A DNA stretch of 64,000 bases, taken from NCBI GenBank assembly GCA_964035545.1, contig OZ037765.1:19468995-19532994 (forward strand). Direction: 5' to 3'. How positions within the stretch are numbered: the first letter of the stretch is position 1; each line of letters begins with the position of its first letter. The position numbers and the translations under genes were made by a program. This DNA comes from Bugula neritina. Its lineage: Eukaryota > Animalia > Bryozoa. The notes beneath the pieces were generated by a model. The model was not told the origin of the DNA. It ran no database searches and saw nothing but the letters and a program-made list of their open reading frames with translations. This document shows positions 62,942 through 64,000 of the stretch, one piece after another.

Positions 62942-64000
62942 TTAAAGTTGAATATGAAATTCAAATTGAAATTGAAGATGAATATCATTTAATTTTATAT
63001 CAGTATCAGTATGAGCCATGAGTATCAGTATCAGTATCACTATGACTATTGACTATTACTATTAGTATCATACTCTATCAGTATCACTATGACTATCAGT
63101 ATGAGTATCAGTATCGGAGTTTAAGTTTCAACTTTAACTTACTCATAGTCATAGTGATAGTCTTACACTTACAGTTAGTGTTACTCTAACTCTTAGTCTT
63201 ACTCTTAGTCTTGCGCCTTTCACTTTGACTTTCAGTTACTAAATTATTATATTATCAGACTATGAATATTAGTATGAGTATGACTATAAGTATAAGTGTA
63301 TAACTATAGTATTAGTATAGCTATAACTATAAGTGTAAGTACTAAGTATAAAAACTAGAGATCTTTATTTTAGAAAATATTATTTACTTTTAGTTTTAGT
63401 CTTTAATTTATTATTTAATTTTATACTTAGTCTTACTCTTAGTCTTAGAATTTTAGTTTGTAGGTTAAAGTTAGACGTTTGACTGTGAAGTTTGAGGCTG
63501 AAAGTAAAACTAAAAGTAAACGTGGTTAAAGCATGAACTATTAATATTATCTTTATGACAGTTTGAAATAATCATATGATTGCAATCATCATTATCATTG
63601 TGATTATGTTAAACTAGAAGTTGTCTTGGATGATGGTAAATTAATATATTTTTTATAACATAGACTTTAAGTTTAAAAATAAATTCAATTTCAATGTTGT
63701 ACTTATAATATTAATAAAAATCGTAATAATTTTATTTATCATTATGTTACCCACACTAAAATAAGTATATTAGTATTAGTATCACTATTAATATTAGTAT
63801 AACTATAATATTATTACAAATAATATAAAAACAAATATCATTTCAAAAACACTTTAATTTCAGTAATCATGATGATTACCATTATGAGATTAACTTTAGT
63901 AAAAAGTAAGACTAAGTAACTATAGGTTATTAATTAACTATAACTATTAGCTATTATAACTATTAACTATAACTATTATCAAGTTTAACTTGAACATGAA

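Overview
AT-rich, intron-rich eukaryotic (invertebrate animal-like) genomic DNA. Five spliced protein-coding genes can be traced by hand with GT-AG introns and consistent phases: an Aurora-family kinase (+, 2323-6096), BBS2 (-, 8201-15228), a sideroflexin closest to SFXN2 (+, 25190-30977), a SOGA/MTCL-family coiled-coil protein (-, 31947-44459) and MARF1/Limkain-b1 (-, 46316-61072). A 6.9-kb full-length Ty3/Gypsy LTR retrotransposon (15351-22252) sits 122 bp upstream of the BBS2 ATG, probably inside a 5'UTR intron. It has apparently identical 563-bp LTRs, a GTAT target-site duplication, a tRNA-Leu PBS, a PPT, an intact pol with a UUUAAAC-plus-stem -1 frameshift signal, and an unexplained frame break inside gag. 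There are also SINEs, a TA-flanked MITE, an RTE-LINE relic and simple repeats. The most unusual observations are: (1) a 33-bp tandem array in the sideroflexin gene that duplicates a splice donor six times in frame; (2) an Aurora kinase with an atypical glycine-rich loop and a KEN box in a C-terminal tail; (3) degenerate hexamer-periodic tracts clustered at the presumed promoters; (4) a 120-aa orphan ORF. All calls were made by eye and no database searches were run.
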